From positions 95,416 through 159,415 of the forward strand of contig NIVC01002590.1 of the NCBI GenBank assembly GCA_002269645.1: 64,000 nucleotides of DNA, read 5' to 3'. Under the pieces are notes generated by a model. That model did no database searches. It was not told the DNA's origin and worked only from the letters and a program-made list of their open reading frames with translations. Position numbers and translations under genes: made by a program. Origin of the DNA: Macrostomum lignano (taxonomy: Eukaryota). Positions within the stretch are counted from its first letter, which is position 1; every line of letters begins with the position of its first letter. Below, in pieces: positions 1-12,900 of the stretch.

Positions 1-395
1 ATCAATGATCTACTAAGGGAATAAAACGGGGATTAATGATCTACTAGGGGAATAAAACGGGGTTCAATGATCTACTAGGGGAATAAAACGGGGATTAATG
101 ATCTACTAGAGGAATAATACGGGGATCAATGATCTACTCAGGGAATAAAACGAGGATCAATGATCTACTCAGGGAATAAAACGGGGATCAATGATCTACT
201 AAGGGAATAAAACGCGGATCAATGATCTACTAAGGGAATAAAACGGGGATTAATGATCTACTAGGGGAATAAAACGGGGTTCAATGATCTACTAGGGGAA
301 TAAAACGGGGATTAATGATCTACTAGAGGAATAATACGGGGATCAATGATCTACTCAGGGAATAAAACGGGGATCAATAATCTACTCAGGGAATA
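1..395. repeat. ~29-30 bp minisatellite (ATGATCTACTAGGGGAATAAAACGGGGATCA)
   Basis: About 13 tandem copies, running off the window start. Confidence 0.95.
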
Positions 396-534
396 AAAGG
401 AGGGATCAGGGAGAGAATACTTAAGGAGATGGGGACCCCCAGGCTTATGCCACAGACCACTCCAAACTGGCCGCAAATTATGCCACACAAGGAGACAATG
501 CGCAGGTCAGAGAGCGGACTCAACAGCCACTCAC

Positions 535-3500
535 CAGCGATCTCAGCGGCATTGGCGCCATCAGCCTTCCAGAAGTCGGCGACGTAAGCGGCGCTGTGCA
601 GCCCCATCTGGGCGAGGCAGGCGCCGGCCAGCGGAACGAACTTGGCGCCAAGCCGGTAGCCGGGAAGCAGCGGCGGCCGGCGGCAGCAGCGGGCGACGAG
701 GGCGACTGCGGCGAGGCTGCCGGCCAGGCGGGAGGCAGCGGCGAGGCCGCGCAGCCAGACGAGCCAGCCCTCCAGCGGGGGCTGCCAGGGCGGCTGCGGA
801 TCCGACCGGAGCTGCTGAGGCGGCCGGGCGCCGCCGTTGTCCAGCAGGATGGCAGCCGACACCGCCAGGTTGCAGCAGTGGAACAGCTGGCCCTGGCGCA
901 CCAGAGCCCGCGCCGTCAGCAGCTGGAATCTGGCAGTGGTGGCGCATCTTGCCCTGGGGGAGACTGGAAGCTAACTGGGGACAGTGGGGATGGCGGGGAC
1001 GGTAGGGATGATGGGGATGATGGGGATGGTGGGAATGGTGGGGATGGTGAGGATGATGGGGATGGTGGGGATGGTGGGGATGGTGGGGATGATGGGGATG
1101 GTGGGGATGATGGGGATGGTGGGGATGGTGGGGATGGTGGGGATGGTGGGGATGGTGGGGATGATGGGGATGGTGGGGATGATGGGGATGGTGGGGATGG
1201 TGGAGATGATGGGGATGGTGGGGATGATGGGGATGGTGGGGATGATGGGGATGGTGGGGATGGTGGGGATGGTGGGGATGGTGGGGATGATGGGGATGGT
1301 GGGAATGGTGGGGATGGTGGGGATGGTGGGAATGGTGGGGATGGTGGGGATGAACAATGAGAGTAATAGAGAGATGGTGGGGATGGTGGGGATGGTGGGG
1401 ATGATGGGGATGGTGGGGATGATGGGATGATGGGATGATGGGGATGGTGGGGATGGTGGGGATGGTGGGGATGGTGGGGATGGTGGGGATGGTGGGGATG
1501 GTGGGGATGGTGGGGATGAACAGTGAGAGTAATAGAGAGATGGTGGGGATGGTGGGGATGGTGGGGATGGTGGGGATGGTGGGGATGATGGGGATGGTGG
1601 GGATGATGGGATGATGGGGATGGTGGGGATGATGGGATGATGGGGATGGTGGGGATGGTGGGGATGGTGGGGATGGTGGGGATGGTGGGGATGGTGGGGA
1701 TGATGGGGATGGTGGGGATGATGGGGATGATGGGGATGGTGGGGATGATGGGATGGTGGGGATGGTGGGGATGGTGGGGATGGTGGGGATGGTGGGGATG
1801 GTGGGGATGGTGGGGATGGTGGGGATGAACAGTGAGAGTAATAGAGAGTAAGCAGGGAGCGAGTGGGATAGTGGGCAGGGAGGGGTTGGGATAATGGGAG
1901 GGGTTGGGATAATGTGCAGGGGTTGGGATAATGGGAGGGAGGGGTTGGGATAGTGGGCAGGGAGGGGTTGGGATAGTGGGCAGGGAGGGGTTGGGATATT
2001 GGGCAGGGAGGGGTTGGGATATTGGGCAGGGAGGGGTTGGGATATTGGGCAGGGAGGGGTTGGGATATTGGGCAGGGAGGGGTTGGGATAGTGGGCAGGG
2101 AGGGGTTGGGATATTGGGCAGGGAGGGGTTGGGATATTGGGCAGGGAGGGGTTGGGATATTGGGCAGGGAGGGGTTGGGATAGTGGGCAGGGAGGGGTTG
2201 GGATATTGGGCAGGGAGGGGTTGGGATATTGGGCAGGGAGGGGTTGGGATATTGGGCAGGGAGGGGTTGGGATATTGGGCAGGGAGGGGTTGGGATAGTG
2301 GGCAGGGAGGGGTTGGGATAGTGGGCAGGGAGGGGTTGGGATATTGGGCAGGGAGGGGTTGGGATAGTGGGCAGGGAGGGGTTGGGATATTGGGCAGGGA
2401 GGGGTTGGGATAGTGGGCAGGGAGGGGTTGGGATATTGGGCAGGGAGGGGTTGGGATAGTGGGCAGGGAGGGGTTGGGATATTGGGCAGGGAGGGGTTGG
2501 GATAGTGGGCAGGGAGGGGTTGGGATAGTGGGCAGGGAGGGGTTGGGATAGTGGGCAGGGAGGGGTTGGGATATTGGGCAGGGAGGGGTTGGGATAGTGG
2601 GCAGGGAGGGGTTGGGATATTGGGCAGGGAGGGGTTGGGATAGTGGGCAGGGAGGGGTTGGGATAGTGGGCAGGGAGGGGTTGGGATAGTGGGCAGGGAG
2701 GGGTTGGGATATTGGGCAGGGAGGGGTTGGGATAGTGGGCAGGGAGGGGTTGGGATAGTGGGCAGGGAGGGGTTGGGATAGTGGGCAGGGAGGGGTTGGG
2801 ATAGTGGGCAGGGAGGGGTTGGGATAGTGGGCAGGGAGGGGTTGGGATAGTGGGCAGGGAGTGAGTCGTGAGTGGGATAATTGGGAGAATTATCCAGATT
2901 CGAGCCCCTTACCTACTCCAAAGCGGCTTGGTCCTGAGCACGGCAACCCGCGCGCCGTCTTCGCAGCCAGTCTGGTCGGCGAGGGCGCGCCGGGGGCCCA
3001 GAATGAAGCGAATAGCGCCGAATTTGAAGGCCAGAAGATTTGCCAACTCGTTAAAAGCGACCATGGAATACCTGAAAATTAGTTCAAGTATTTCTGCTTA
3101 TTTACCTAGTTTACAGGTGTCATAAATTAATAAGCGGCAAACTCACGCTGCCATCAGCACGTGCATGAACTCGGCCGATTTTGGCACCAGTATTGCCAAA
3201 CAAATCAGCCATTGGTACACCTGGAGGGCAGGTTGGGAGTGCATCAGGTTCAGGTATTTCCTTTTACTAGTGATAATGGAATGAAATAATTGAATAGTTT
3301 TAAGACGTCCAACAGACAAGGTAAAACGTAAACAAGGTGAAAAGTGAAGTGCTTGCGCCGTCGGCTAATAAAAAAACTGCATTTTTCTACTATTATCAGT
3401 AGCAAAAGTAGCGTGTTTTATATTTTTAATGAAATAAAAACTATAAAATCTGTGGGGTACTGCTGTAAGAATTTCATTTTTAATAACGCAGCAATACGCT

Positions 3501-4358
3501 CAGCTACTCAGATACACGCACCGGAAACAGGGCGGTCAGGTTTGAGGCCAGGGTCAGGTGAGAATGCGACAGGCGGTCTCTGACCATGGCGCCCATGCGA
3601 GTGGCGTACAGGCAGGCGCCGGCCGCGGCCAGGGTCAGGCAGACTGCGGTCTCCGCTTTGCCCACCGTTGGCAGGGCTGCGGTGAATAAATGGAAAATGG
3701 GAATCAGTGTTTAGTTAGGCGTGGGATCGGTATACAATCTGGCACAACCTGACACTCACTGGCTGACACAACCTGACACTCACTGGCTAACACAACCTGA
3801 CACCCACAGGCTGACACAACCTGACACAACCTGACACTCACTGGGTGACACAACCTGACACTCACTGGCTGACACAACCTGACACCCACAGGTTGACACA
3901 ACCTGACACCAACTGGCTGACAGTCCAACTAAACCTGACACACGCTGGCTGGCTGACAGTGACAATCCAGAACAACCTAACACGCTGACACTCTCAAGTG
4001 ACAACACAATGGAAATTAATGCTATTTACTTTGTGTATAAAATTTGACAGACATCACGACACTTCAGCATAATCTGACGCAGTCTGACTAGCATTCTAAC
4101 AGTCTGACCTGAAACACTAAAGCATACTAAACAGTAAACACCAACAATCAAAGTTAATCTGAGACGATGCTTTATTAAAGGAAGTCTTGGTCTCGGTTTG
4201 TACCATTCTGCTTAAAAAAGCAGGATTTTTAACACCCCTACACAGCAAGACTCACTTGTAATGTAAGCCAGACCGCTCTGCGCTTCCACATCTGAAGAAG
4301 CAGGCGGTGTTCCGTTCGTGACTTGGCCAGATTGGCACAGTGGGGGTTGCTGTCCCAT
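535..4358 (-). CDS. Organic solute transporter alpha-like protein (OSTalpha/SLC51A-TMEM184 family), 5+ exons, 3' end unresolved
   Basis: Phase-consistent GT-AG exons 4358-4256, 3676-3522, 3220-3147, 3071-2913, 953-535. Joined protein has LFPVYQWLICLAILVPKSAEFMHVLMAAYSMVAFNELANLLAFKFG and YRLGAKFV, matching OSTalpha segments VYPVVS..GLWIPRS..FGG and MGAKF. It is unclear whether the exon ends at the 534 donor or reads on towards about 390. Confidence 0.7.
975..1830. repeat. 9-bp GGGGATGGT/GGGGATGAT satellite in OSTalpha-like intron
   Basis: Direct tandem repeat, interrupted by GAACA(A/G)TGAGAGTAATAGAGA three times. Confidence 0.95.
1860..2860. repeat. 23-bp G-rich minisatellite GGGCAGGGAGGGGTTGGGATA(G/T)T
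   Basis: About 40 tandem copies in the same intron. Each unit has four G3+ tracts. Confidence 0.95.
3735..3995. repeat. CTGACACA/CTGACACTCA minisatellite in first OSTalpha-like intron
   Basis: Degenerate tandem copies of (G)CTGACACAACCTGACACTCACTG. Confidence 0.9.
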
Positions 4359-6053
4359 TGCATTGATTTTAGGCTTTGGTGGATTGAAGGCGCAGTTCTA
4401 CTCAGAACTCATTAATTAATTTAAATATTTCCACCCTTGGACTATCAATTATCTGCTGAACTATCGGCTATTTTAATTGATTTTAATCGTGGTCTGGTTG
4501 ATTTAGCCCTGCGTGCCTAGGCGTCTGGCTCAGAAGATTGGGGTGGTTGTAGCCGATGTACATAGCCAGAGCCAATGTACATTAAATCCCTAACCCTCCC
4601 CCGCATGTACAAAGGGCGGGCCACTTTCTCTTTTACTACTCTACCAGAAGTCTTTACCCCAAACCGTTCACCCCGTGCACAATCAAATTAGGCAACGTTT
4701 CACGCGCAATGTTCAAGGCCATGCAAATTGGTGTACAAGTTGGATGTTTAGTCCACAGAACCACAGAAAGTTCTGCGGTTTAGCCTTCATTAATTATAGT
4801 GAACGAGAACCGAGTCCAAACGAAAAATGAATACAGGAAGCATAATATTCTATTTGATTTTGTTCATAAGCTACATACGGGGCTTATGAACAAATTGATT
4901 TAAACAAAAAATTCTCAAGTTTTTATAAGATACCGTATTTTGATCGTTTTTTGATATTTCATAAACGGAAAGTTGTATAGTAATCGTTTTTTTATGTTTT
5001 ACATTTACATATACTAATATCTGTTTTCTAAAATTTGAAAAAAAAGTTGTTATAAAAGAGGAAGACTGAAAAAAGATATAATTTTTAATATGCGTCCTGC
5101 TTTATAACGACTATACTAGTAGCTTTTAAATATAATTTTTATTACTAACTGATTTGTTATACTTTCTTAGCAAAGCTTTTATAAACGACTATATTTCAGC
5201 ATCAACCATAATGAATACTTATCAGGATGCGATGAAGAAGATGCGATATATTATTAAATAATCAATAACATTGTAGAGGGACGCCCGTTGCTCTTGATAT
5301 TGTTCCCACGAAAAATTCTTCAAACTGGAATGAACAAAAAATTTTTATTCAGTCAAATAAGTCTTTTTTTAATAAATATATGAAAACGTGCTCAAGCATC
5401 CACTAGGAGCTCTTATTCCTAAACTTATTCGGAACACTCATTCTAAAGCCATTAATTGTTTTGTTGGAAGAAAAGTTTGCTATTTTGTTTGCTAGATGGC
5501 CTAGGTTAATAATGCGACATGCTGTCGGATTACAAAAGTGAGCCTTTAGCAGCGAATATTGTTATTTCTCACGGAAAGTCCGCATTAAAAACTGCAATTA
5601 ACATAAATGAAAAACAGAGATCTATAAATAGTATTCCGAAATCTGAGTGCGTATGCAATAAATTCATTTGCAGAGACAGGTGTACAAATTAATAATTTTT
5701 CTGGTAAACTCGGGCTTTTGTCATAGTTTCAGCAGGCCACTAGTCGGAGTTGTCTTCATCTCTTTCGGCGAATATTTACACTGAAAATAGTTGTCAAAAA
5801 CACTCCCCAGTGACTAAAGTGCTGCAAAACAATGCATAAAGTTTAAAGCGGTATTTACGCCGGGTGAGAGCAGCCACCAGCAGTGCAGAGGCGACTCGAA
5901 GCAAGAAAAAACTGTTGCCTTCATTTAGCCAGCCAACACCCTCTGTTTTCGAATAATAGCTCCTATATTGTCTCTCTGCTTACCACCCACCCGCCCATAA
6001 AAACAAGCTTCATCTCAGAGTGAATTATTTAGACAACCGACAATTTAGCGCTC

Positions 6054-8666
6054 ATGCGGCCGTGGGTACCAATCCTGCCATTACTGCTTCAACTCGCCCG
6101 CGTCAGGGCCCAGTGCAACCCGGCCAGCTCCGTGCCCGACCCTCGAGTTGGCGTTGTTGACTACCCGGGCACGGCTGGCGACAGCTGCTACTTTCCCTTC
6201 ACCTACGGCGGCAGGGTGTTCCACGAGTGCGACGGGCCCTACTGCGACGGCTCCTTCTGCGGCTACTGGTGCGCCACCAGCTGCAACTACCCCACCGACT
6301 ACTCGGCCTGGCGCTTCTGCCGCTTTATGGTGGCCGACCTGGCCAAGCCGAACTGCGCCGCCCTGGCCAACATGAGCTCCTCGACCGAGATTGAAGTCTA
6401 CGGCAGCAGCGGCTTAGGCACAGCCTGCTACTTTCCGTTCATGCACGACAATGTCTGCTACGATGACTGCATTGATACTGACGGCAGCGGCCAGTTTTGG
6501 TGCTCAACCACGGATGTCATGTACCACGTAGCTACCAACAAGCGCTTCTGTCGTGCCACCAGGAAGGGCCTGAGGGATTCTAGCTGTTCCAGACTTAACG
6601 CTACCGCCCCCGTGTACCTTCCACAGCAGATTGGCAACTACTCAATAGCTCTGGTGCAAACGGATCCTACAGGTAACTGCACCTTCCCTTTCTACTACAA
6701 AGAGAAATGCTACGATGACTGCACGACGGTGGATGCTCAAGCTTGGGACCTGCCCTGGTGCCTAACCGAGAAATACTACCAGCCTAACAAGCGAACGAGG
6801 GTCTGCCCGCACTATCGCAAGTATAAGGAGGTCACCGGCCTCGCACTTGACTGGGGATTCTTCTACATCCGAGAGCACACCAGCTGCAGCTCCGGTGGTG
6901 CCGCTTGCAACTCGTCCTGGTCTCCCGCAGGTTCCGCTGTGCCAACCACATCAGCTGGATCAAAACGGATGGCGCTGCAGCCGTCAGCTGAGCCAATTGA
7001 GGTCATGCCTCAGCCAAATGGCCTCTTCATCTTAAAGTTGCCATTGAGTTGCACCGACTCCAACTGGAGAAGCTTAAGCATCGATGGCAGCGAGGTCGGC
7101 CTGGAGCCGATTTCGAACGAGCGCGAGTTCTGGGACCTCCGTCCCACTGGCACGCCAGGTGCGTTCACAGTGCAGTCGATGCGAAACAGCACGCGCGGAA
7201 TGTATCTGTCTCACAGCTCGCTGAGCGGTACTCCGGTTTTAAGCCTGTCGGCTACCAGCGCCACCCAGTGGCGATTCGAAGCGCTTTCAGATCTGTCTAT
7301 GGCCTCGCTGGGTCTGCCGTGCGAGAATCCGACCCGGCTGGACGGATCTTGGTGTGCCTGGAGTGAGTACTTTGTGTCCGGGAGCGTTTCGACCAGAAAT
7401 CGAACGTGCGCCTGCCCGCCAGCAATTCGCGGCCTGCCATGCGATGGGAACAGCACGGAGGTTGCCTCTGTGGTCAACGGCAGCTGGTGCGGTTGGTCCG
7501 CTTGGACCGAGATCAGCGATGGCTACAACACGAGATCTCGATTGTGCAACTGTAGCGCGCCGAAGAATGGCGGTGCAGACTGTCCAGGCGCGGGCAACGA
7601 GACTGGCCTGCGAGTGAACGGGTCGTGGTGCGATTGGTCCGCGTTCACTGTCGACCCTGACGGCTGGGGATTTCGGAGTCGTTACTGCAACTGCAGCGCG
7701 CCGCAGTACGGAGGTTTGGACTGCGTCGGACCAAGCAACGATACAGGAGTGGCTGTCAACGGCAGCTGGTGTGCCTGGTCTTCATTCTCTCCCGCAGATA
7801 GCTCTGGACTGAGCTCCCGAACCCGAGTTTGTAACTGCAGCGCTTCGCAGTACGGAGGCTCAGAATGCGTTGGAGCCAGTAACGAGACCGGGCCTCAAGT
7901 AAACGGGTCCTGGTGCAACTGGTCGCCATTCAATGTTACACACGGTCAAGGAACTCGAAGAAAATCTTGCAACTGCAGAGCGCCACAGTTCGGAGGTGCT
8001 GCTTGTCCAGGAAGCAGTATCGAGACAGGCCCCGCAGTCAATGGCACTTGGTGCAGTTGGTCGCCTTTTACTGTGAGTGGCTCTCTAGGCGTCAGAACGC
8101 GAGCCTGTAACTGCAGTGCGCCGCAGTATGGCGGCTCGAATTGCTCTGGACTAGGCAGAGAAGAGGGACCGGCCGTGAACGGCACCTGGTGTGCATGGTC
8201 GGCCTATTCAAGTAACGGAACTCATGAAACTCGACGACGAGTCTGCAACTGCAGCGCGCCGCAGTTCGGCGGATCTGACTGTCCGGGCAGAGGCGTCGAG
8301 GCGAGCAGCATCGTTTCCGGCGGCTGGTGCAGCTGGTCAGCCTGGTCTGTCTCTGGCACCGGCCGGAGCAGCAGAAATCGATCATGCACCTGTCCCTCAG
8401 CCAGTAGGCTGGGCGCCGGATGCAGCGGGCCGGACACTGAAACTGAAAGCGGCGGTGGCGGCGGCAGCAGCGGACGGGCGCATCCAGCCGAGCCGGGCGA
8501 GCCAGGCGCGGCCTTCACCAGCCTGGACTCGTACACCCGCCTCGTGGCCTGGTCAGCGGTCATCTGCCTGGCCATGCTGACCAGCACACTGACCGGCCTG
8601 GGCCTCATGCTCAACCGGATTGTCCAGTCCAGACGCTCTGTTGGCTCCAGCACCGAGGCGTCTTAG
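6054..8666 (+). CDS. Intronless type I membrane protein: signal peptide, 3 fibronectin type II domains, beta-trefoil-like region, 8 atypical thrombospondin type 1 repeats, TM helix
   Basis: 870-aa ATG ORF with hydrophobic N-terminus. Three C(Y/T)FPF..C..WC..C FN2 motifs. Eight (N/D/S)GxWCxWS..RxRxCxC..P..GG..C.G-type units. C-terminal hydrophobic LVAWSAVICLAMLTSTLTGLGLML. Confidence 0.9.
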   Translation: MRPWVPILPLLLQLARVRAQCNPASSVPDPRVGVVDYPGTAGDSCYFPFTYGGRVFHECDGPYCDGSFCGYWCATSCNYPTDYSAWRFCRFMVADLAKPNCAALANMSSSTEIEVYGSSGLGTACYFPFMHDNVCYDDCIDTDGSGQFWCSTTDVMYHVATNKRFCRATRKGLRDSSCSRLNATAPVYLPQQIGNYSIALVQTDPTGNCTFPFYYKEKCYDDCTTVDAQAWDLPWCLTEKYYQPNKRTRVCPHYRKYKEVTGLALDWGFFYIREHTSCSSGGAACNSSWSPAGSAVPTTSAGSKRMALQPSAEPIEVMPQPNGLFILKLPLSCTDSNWRSLSIDGSEVGLEPISNEREFWDLRPTGTPGAFTVQSMRNSTRGMYLSHSSLSGTPVLSLSATSATQWRFEALSDLSMASLGLPCENPTRLDGSWCAWSEYFVSGSVSTRNRTCACPPAIRGLPCDGNSTEVASVVNGSWCGWSAWTEISDGYNTRSRLCNCSAPKNGGADCPGAGNETGLRVNGSWCDWSAFTVDPDGWGFRSRYCNCSAPQYGGLDCVGPSNDTGVAVNGSWCAWSSFSPADSSGLSSRTRVCNCSASQYGGSECVGASNETGPQVNGSWCNWSPFNVTHGQGTRRKSCNCRAPQFGGAACPGSSIETGPAVNGTWCSWSPFTVSGSLGVRTRACNCSAPQYGGSNCSGLGREEGPAVNGTWCAWSAYSSNGTHETRRRVCNCSAPQFGGSDCPGRGVEASSIVSGGWCSWSAWSVSGTGRSSRNRSCTCPSASRLGAGCSGPDTETESGGGGGSSGRAHPAEPGEPGAAFTSLDSYTRLVAWSAVICLAMLTSTLTGLGLMLNRIVQSRRSVGSSTEAS

Positions 8667-9903
8667 CAGATCAGACCGAAACGGCCGACACCACCGATAT
8701 TCTCTGACTACGGATCTCACAGCGCCTACCCGGGATGACCTTTCCGGGACTAGCTTAGTCTAGCTATACTCGTAGCCTCAGTTGAGCAAGCTGCGATCGT
8801 GCTCACTCCTGCAATTCATCTTTCATTGACACTTCGCACTCTCCCTAAATATACATAAGATTTATAACCTGACAGCATCGAGCTGCCTAATTTATTCTTT
8901 GCCATATTACTGAAACACTCAAATTTAGTATATTAGACTAGCAATCCAGTGCCCCCCTTCCGAGGCGCTCAATAAGCAAGGAGCAAAAATTATTCATGCA
9001 AATCCATTAAAAAAGCACATTTTCTTAAGAACCAATTCCTTCTTCAGTTTTATAAATCACCTTATTTGAGTAAAATTGTCATGAAAAAAGATGCTTACCA
9101 TGAATCTCTTGCTTCTAAAGTAACAAAGGGACGCAACAAAATAAAGCCCTCAAGAAGATAGCAGGCATACCCCCTAAATCGAAAGCATCCCCAGAAAGCA
9201 AGCATCCCCCCCCCCCAGATAGCAAGCATCCCCTGATTGCAGGCATCCCCAGAAAGCAAGCATCCCCCAGACAGCAAGTAGCTAGTGCAACAATTTCCTC
9301 AGCTAATGCAATAATCGCTTTCTAAGCTATTGTAATAACCCCTTTGTAAGCTAGTGCAATAAACCTTTACTCGTCAAGTACAATAATCCTTTTCTCATGG
9401 TGCAATAATCGATGTCTCTGCTAGTACAATCGTCACCTTCTCAGCTAGTGCTGAGCAACAAAATGAAATGAGGCGAACTTTTTCAGCTCTTTATTATTGC
9501 GTAAAAACAGGTCTTTAAAAATAACATTGTCATCAAATCTTGAGTTTATAAAATACCTTGGTAGAGCAATTGAAAGTTTGATGTATTCCAAAATGCCGAA
9601 TTTAGTATTGGAAATGTCATCTAGAAAACTGGCATATTGAAGAATCTCATAATTACTCTGCAACAAAACTATTTTGAATAGATTAAAAACAAATAATATT
9701 TCATGAAAAAATCTTTTCTGTTAAAAAATAAAAAAAATACGCAAATTACTTGCAAGTTACTAATAGTAGTGCGAACTGAAAAGCGTAGAATAGTAGCGTA
9801 AAATTTGCACTGTTCCAGTTTGAACGGCGCGGCCTGGAGCTGACAGATAAATGGCGCCAAAAGGGCAGACAGAAGACAGTTCGACCGCCCTCAGCAACCA
9901 CTA

Positions 9904-12900
9904 TCAGGGAGCCGGCTTGGCTGACTGCTGCCGCCGCCGCCTCTCCAACCGCTGCTGCACCAGGTCATCCGCCAGCAGCAGCAGCCCCGCGAATCCGATC
10001 AGAGCCGACAGGAAGATGATGGAGGCGTTCCAGGAGCCGGTCCGGTCGAACAAATCGCCTGGAGAGGAATTTCAAGTATCTATTCGAGGGTTCGCGGCGA
10101 TAAAAGCGTTCGGCACTGGTTAGTGAGGCTGGCTTTGGCGCTCTGGGCCAGCCTGAATGGAATTAAATACTTCTAGTGCGAGCTGAGGGTCTGCTTGCCT
10201 GTCTGCTTGTACTGAATATTCTGCTGTGTGTACCCCAATAACCTCACAATGCCTCTCTAGTCCATAGTACTCCAATCCAAATTCACGTATCTTCATTGCT
10301 TCCCCAATTTCCATCCATCCCATCCCATCCTATCTCATCCTATTCAATCCCATCCCATCCCAACCTATCCCATCTCATCTCATCTCATCACATACCATCC
10401 CATACAATCCCATCTCATCCCATGTCATCCCCATCCCATTCCATCTCACCCATCCCATTCCATCCCATCCCATCCTATCCCATCCCATCCCATCCCATCC
10501 CATCCCATCCAACTCCATCCCATCCTATCCTCTCATATCCCATCCGATCCCCATCCCTAGCAGCAGTAACGCACCCAGCAGCACGGGCACGATCAGCATG
10601 ATTATGCTCTCGATGATGCCCAGCATCCCGTAGGTCAAGCCCAGGTTCTCAATCCCGAACGTCTCCACCAGCATTGGCGCCAGGTTGGGAACCAGGCCGC
10701 CAGCCAGCAGGCCCTCCAGCAGAGCGTAGGCCAGGGCAGCGGCCGGTGTCGGGTGCAGCAGGAGGCACCAGAGCGCACCCTGGGCGATCGTGAGGGTCAG
10801 CAGCAGCAGCTGCCGCCTGAACAGCTGCCTGTCAGCCAGGAAGCCGATGCTAATCCGAGTGACGAGGTCGGTGATGCCCTGGTACTGCAGCAGCCGGGTG
10901 TACTCAGTGGCCGTCATGCCGATGTTCTTGCCGTGCTGCGGCAGCACCATGAAGTTGAACGGCATGGCCTGCGCGGCCAGCGACAGGCTGAACAGCAGCA
11001 CCCAGAAGCGAGGCCGGCGCATCAGGCGGCCGCTCTCTTTGAAGCTCCGGCGAAGTCGGGCGACGAAGTTTCCCTGAAAGACGTCTTCCGGGGTATTCGC
11101 TGGGCCGCCGCCGGAGTCAAACAAGACGCTGACGTCTCCACAGGACGCCAGGAAGATCGCCGGGGCGTGCGGGGCCGGGGCGCCGCGGGACGCATCTTCC
11201 GCTGCCTCTGCGGACGTGGCGTTCGTCGAGGTAGCTCGACGTCGACAGCTGCGCCCGGCTGCGGACTTGGCCGAGCCGGACACAAAAAGAATGTTATCGG
11301 CGCTGGTGCAGTAGTGGTGCGGGTCACCGTTGGTTTGTTGCTTGGCTTTGCTCTTGGAGGTGCAGCTTGCACAAGCCTCTGGCTGGCTCTTGCTATCGTT
11401 GTCCATTTCACTTTCTACATCCTTTTCCGTGCTCTGCTTTTTAGTCTTCATTGCGTTTTCTTCCACCACCTCTTCAGCATTCTTCTCCGCATTCTTCTCC
11501 GCATTCTTCTCCGCATTCTTCTCCGCATTCTTCTCCGCATTCTTCTCCGCATTCTTCTCCGCATTTTTCTCCGCATTCTTCTCCGCATTCTTCTCCGCAT
11601 TCTTCTCCGCATTCTTCTCCGCATTCTTCTCCGAATTCTTCTCTGCATTCTTCTTCGCATTCTTCTTCGCATTCTTCTTCGCATTCTTCTCTGCATTCTT
11701 CTCCGCATTCTTCTCCGCATTCTCAGCCTGTTCGCCGATCAGCGCCTCCGCCTCAGGCGCAGCTCCCTGGTCGCTGGCGGGCACAAACGGGCGCATGACA
11801 GCGGCAGCCACGGCCACGTTGAGCATGATTGCGCCCCAGATCAGCATGCAGCCGCGGAAGGTGTACTGCTCAATTAGATAGTTCATCAACGGTGGCATGC
11901 ACAGAGCGCCCATGGAGCAGCCGGAGAACGTGATGCCCATAGCGACCGTCCGGCGCTGCAGAAAGTAGTAGCTGATGATCAGCACAGTCGGCGGGTGCGT
12001 CATGGACAGCCCGATGCCCACCAGCAGCCCGATGGTGAAGTACAGCACCTCCAGCGATTCGGCAAAGTAGGACAGGGAGAAACCTAAGCTGAGGAAACAG
12101 CTGCCGATGGACACGACCAGACGGACTGAGAAGCGCCTGGCCAGGGCCATTGTGACTGGCGCTGGGCGGGTTCGCGGAGGAAGATGGATTAGTGGAGAAT
12201 CATAGGGTTAAACTGGTGCCCATCTGCTCATCTTCTGACTTACTAAGAATGAGAAACACCAGAAACATGAAGCTCAAAATCCATGAGGTGTCCCGCTTGC
12301 TCCTGTTGTAGTGCTCGGACACGCTGGCCAGCAGCAGGCCGGTGCTCCGGACATTGCCGATCACCAGGATGTGCAGGAATGACCCAGCTGAAATGCATCC
12401 GGTCACCTGCTCGCTTAACTGGCAGTCTGGCACTCACTGACTGACAGGCTGGCACAGCCTGACACTCACTGGCTGACAAGCTGACACAGCCTGACACTCA
12501 CTGGCTGACAAGCTGACACAGCCTGACACTCACTGGCTGACAAGCTGACACTCACTGACTGACAGGCTGGCACAACCTGACACTCACTGGCTGACAAGCT
12601 GACACAACTTGACACTCTCTGACTGACAAGCTGACACAGCCTGATACTCACTGACTGACAATCCGACACAACCTGACACTTATCAGATACTGACTGACTA
12701 TCTAACACAGGATGCCACACACTGGCTGACACAATCTGACTCTCAGTTGCTGACACAATCTGACATTCACTGGCTGACACAGCCTGACACTCACAGGCTG
12801 ACACAGTCTGACACTCACTGGCTGACACAGCCTGACACTCACTGGCTGACACAGTCTGACACTCACTGGCTGACACAGCCTGACACTCACAGGCTGACAC

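Noticed and set aside
971-2413. ORFs such as (MGMVG)n, (IPT)n and (GGRGWD)n
   Set aside because: Stop-free frames of G-rich satellites inside an intron.
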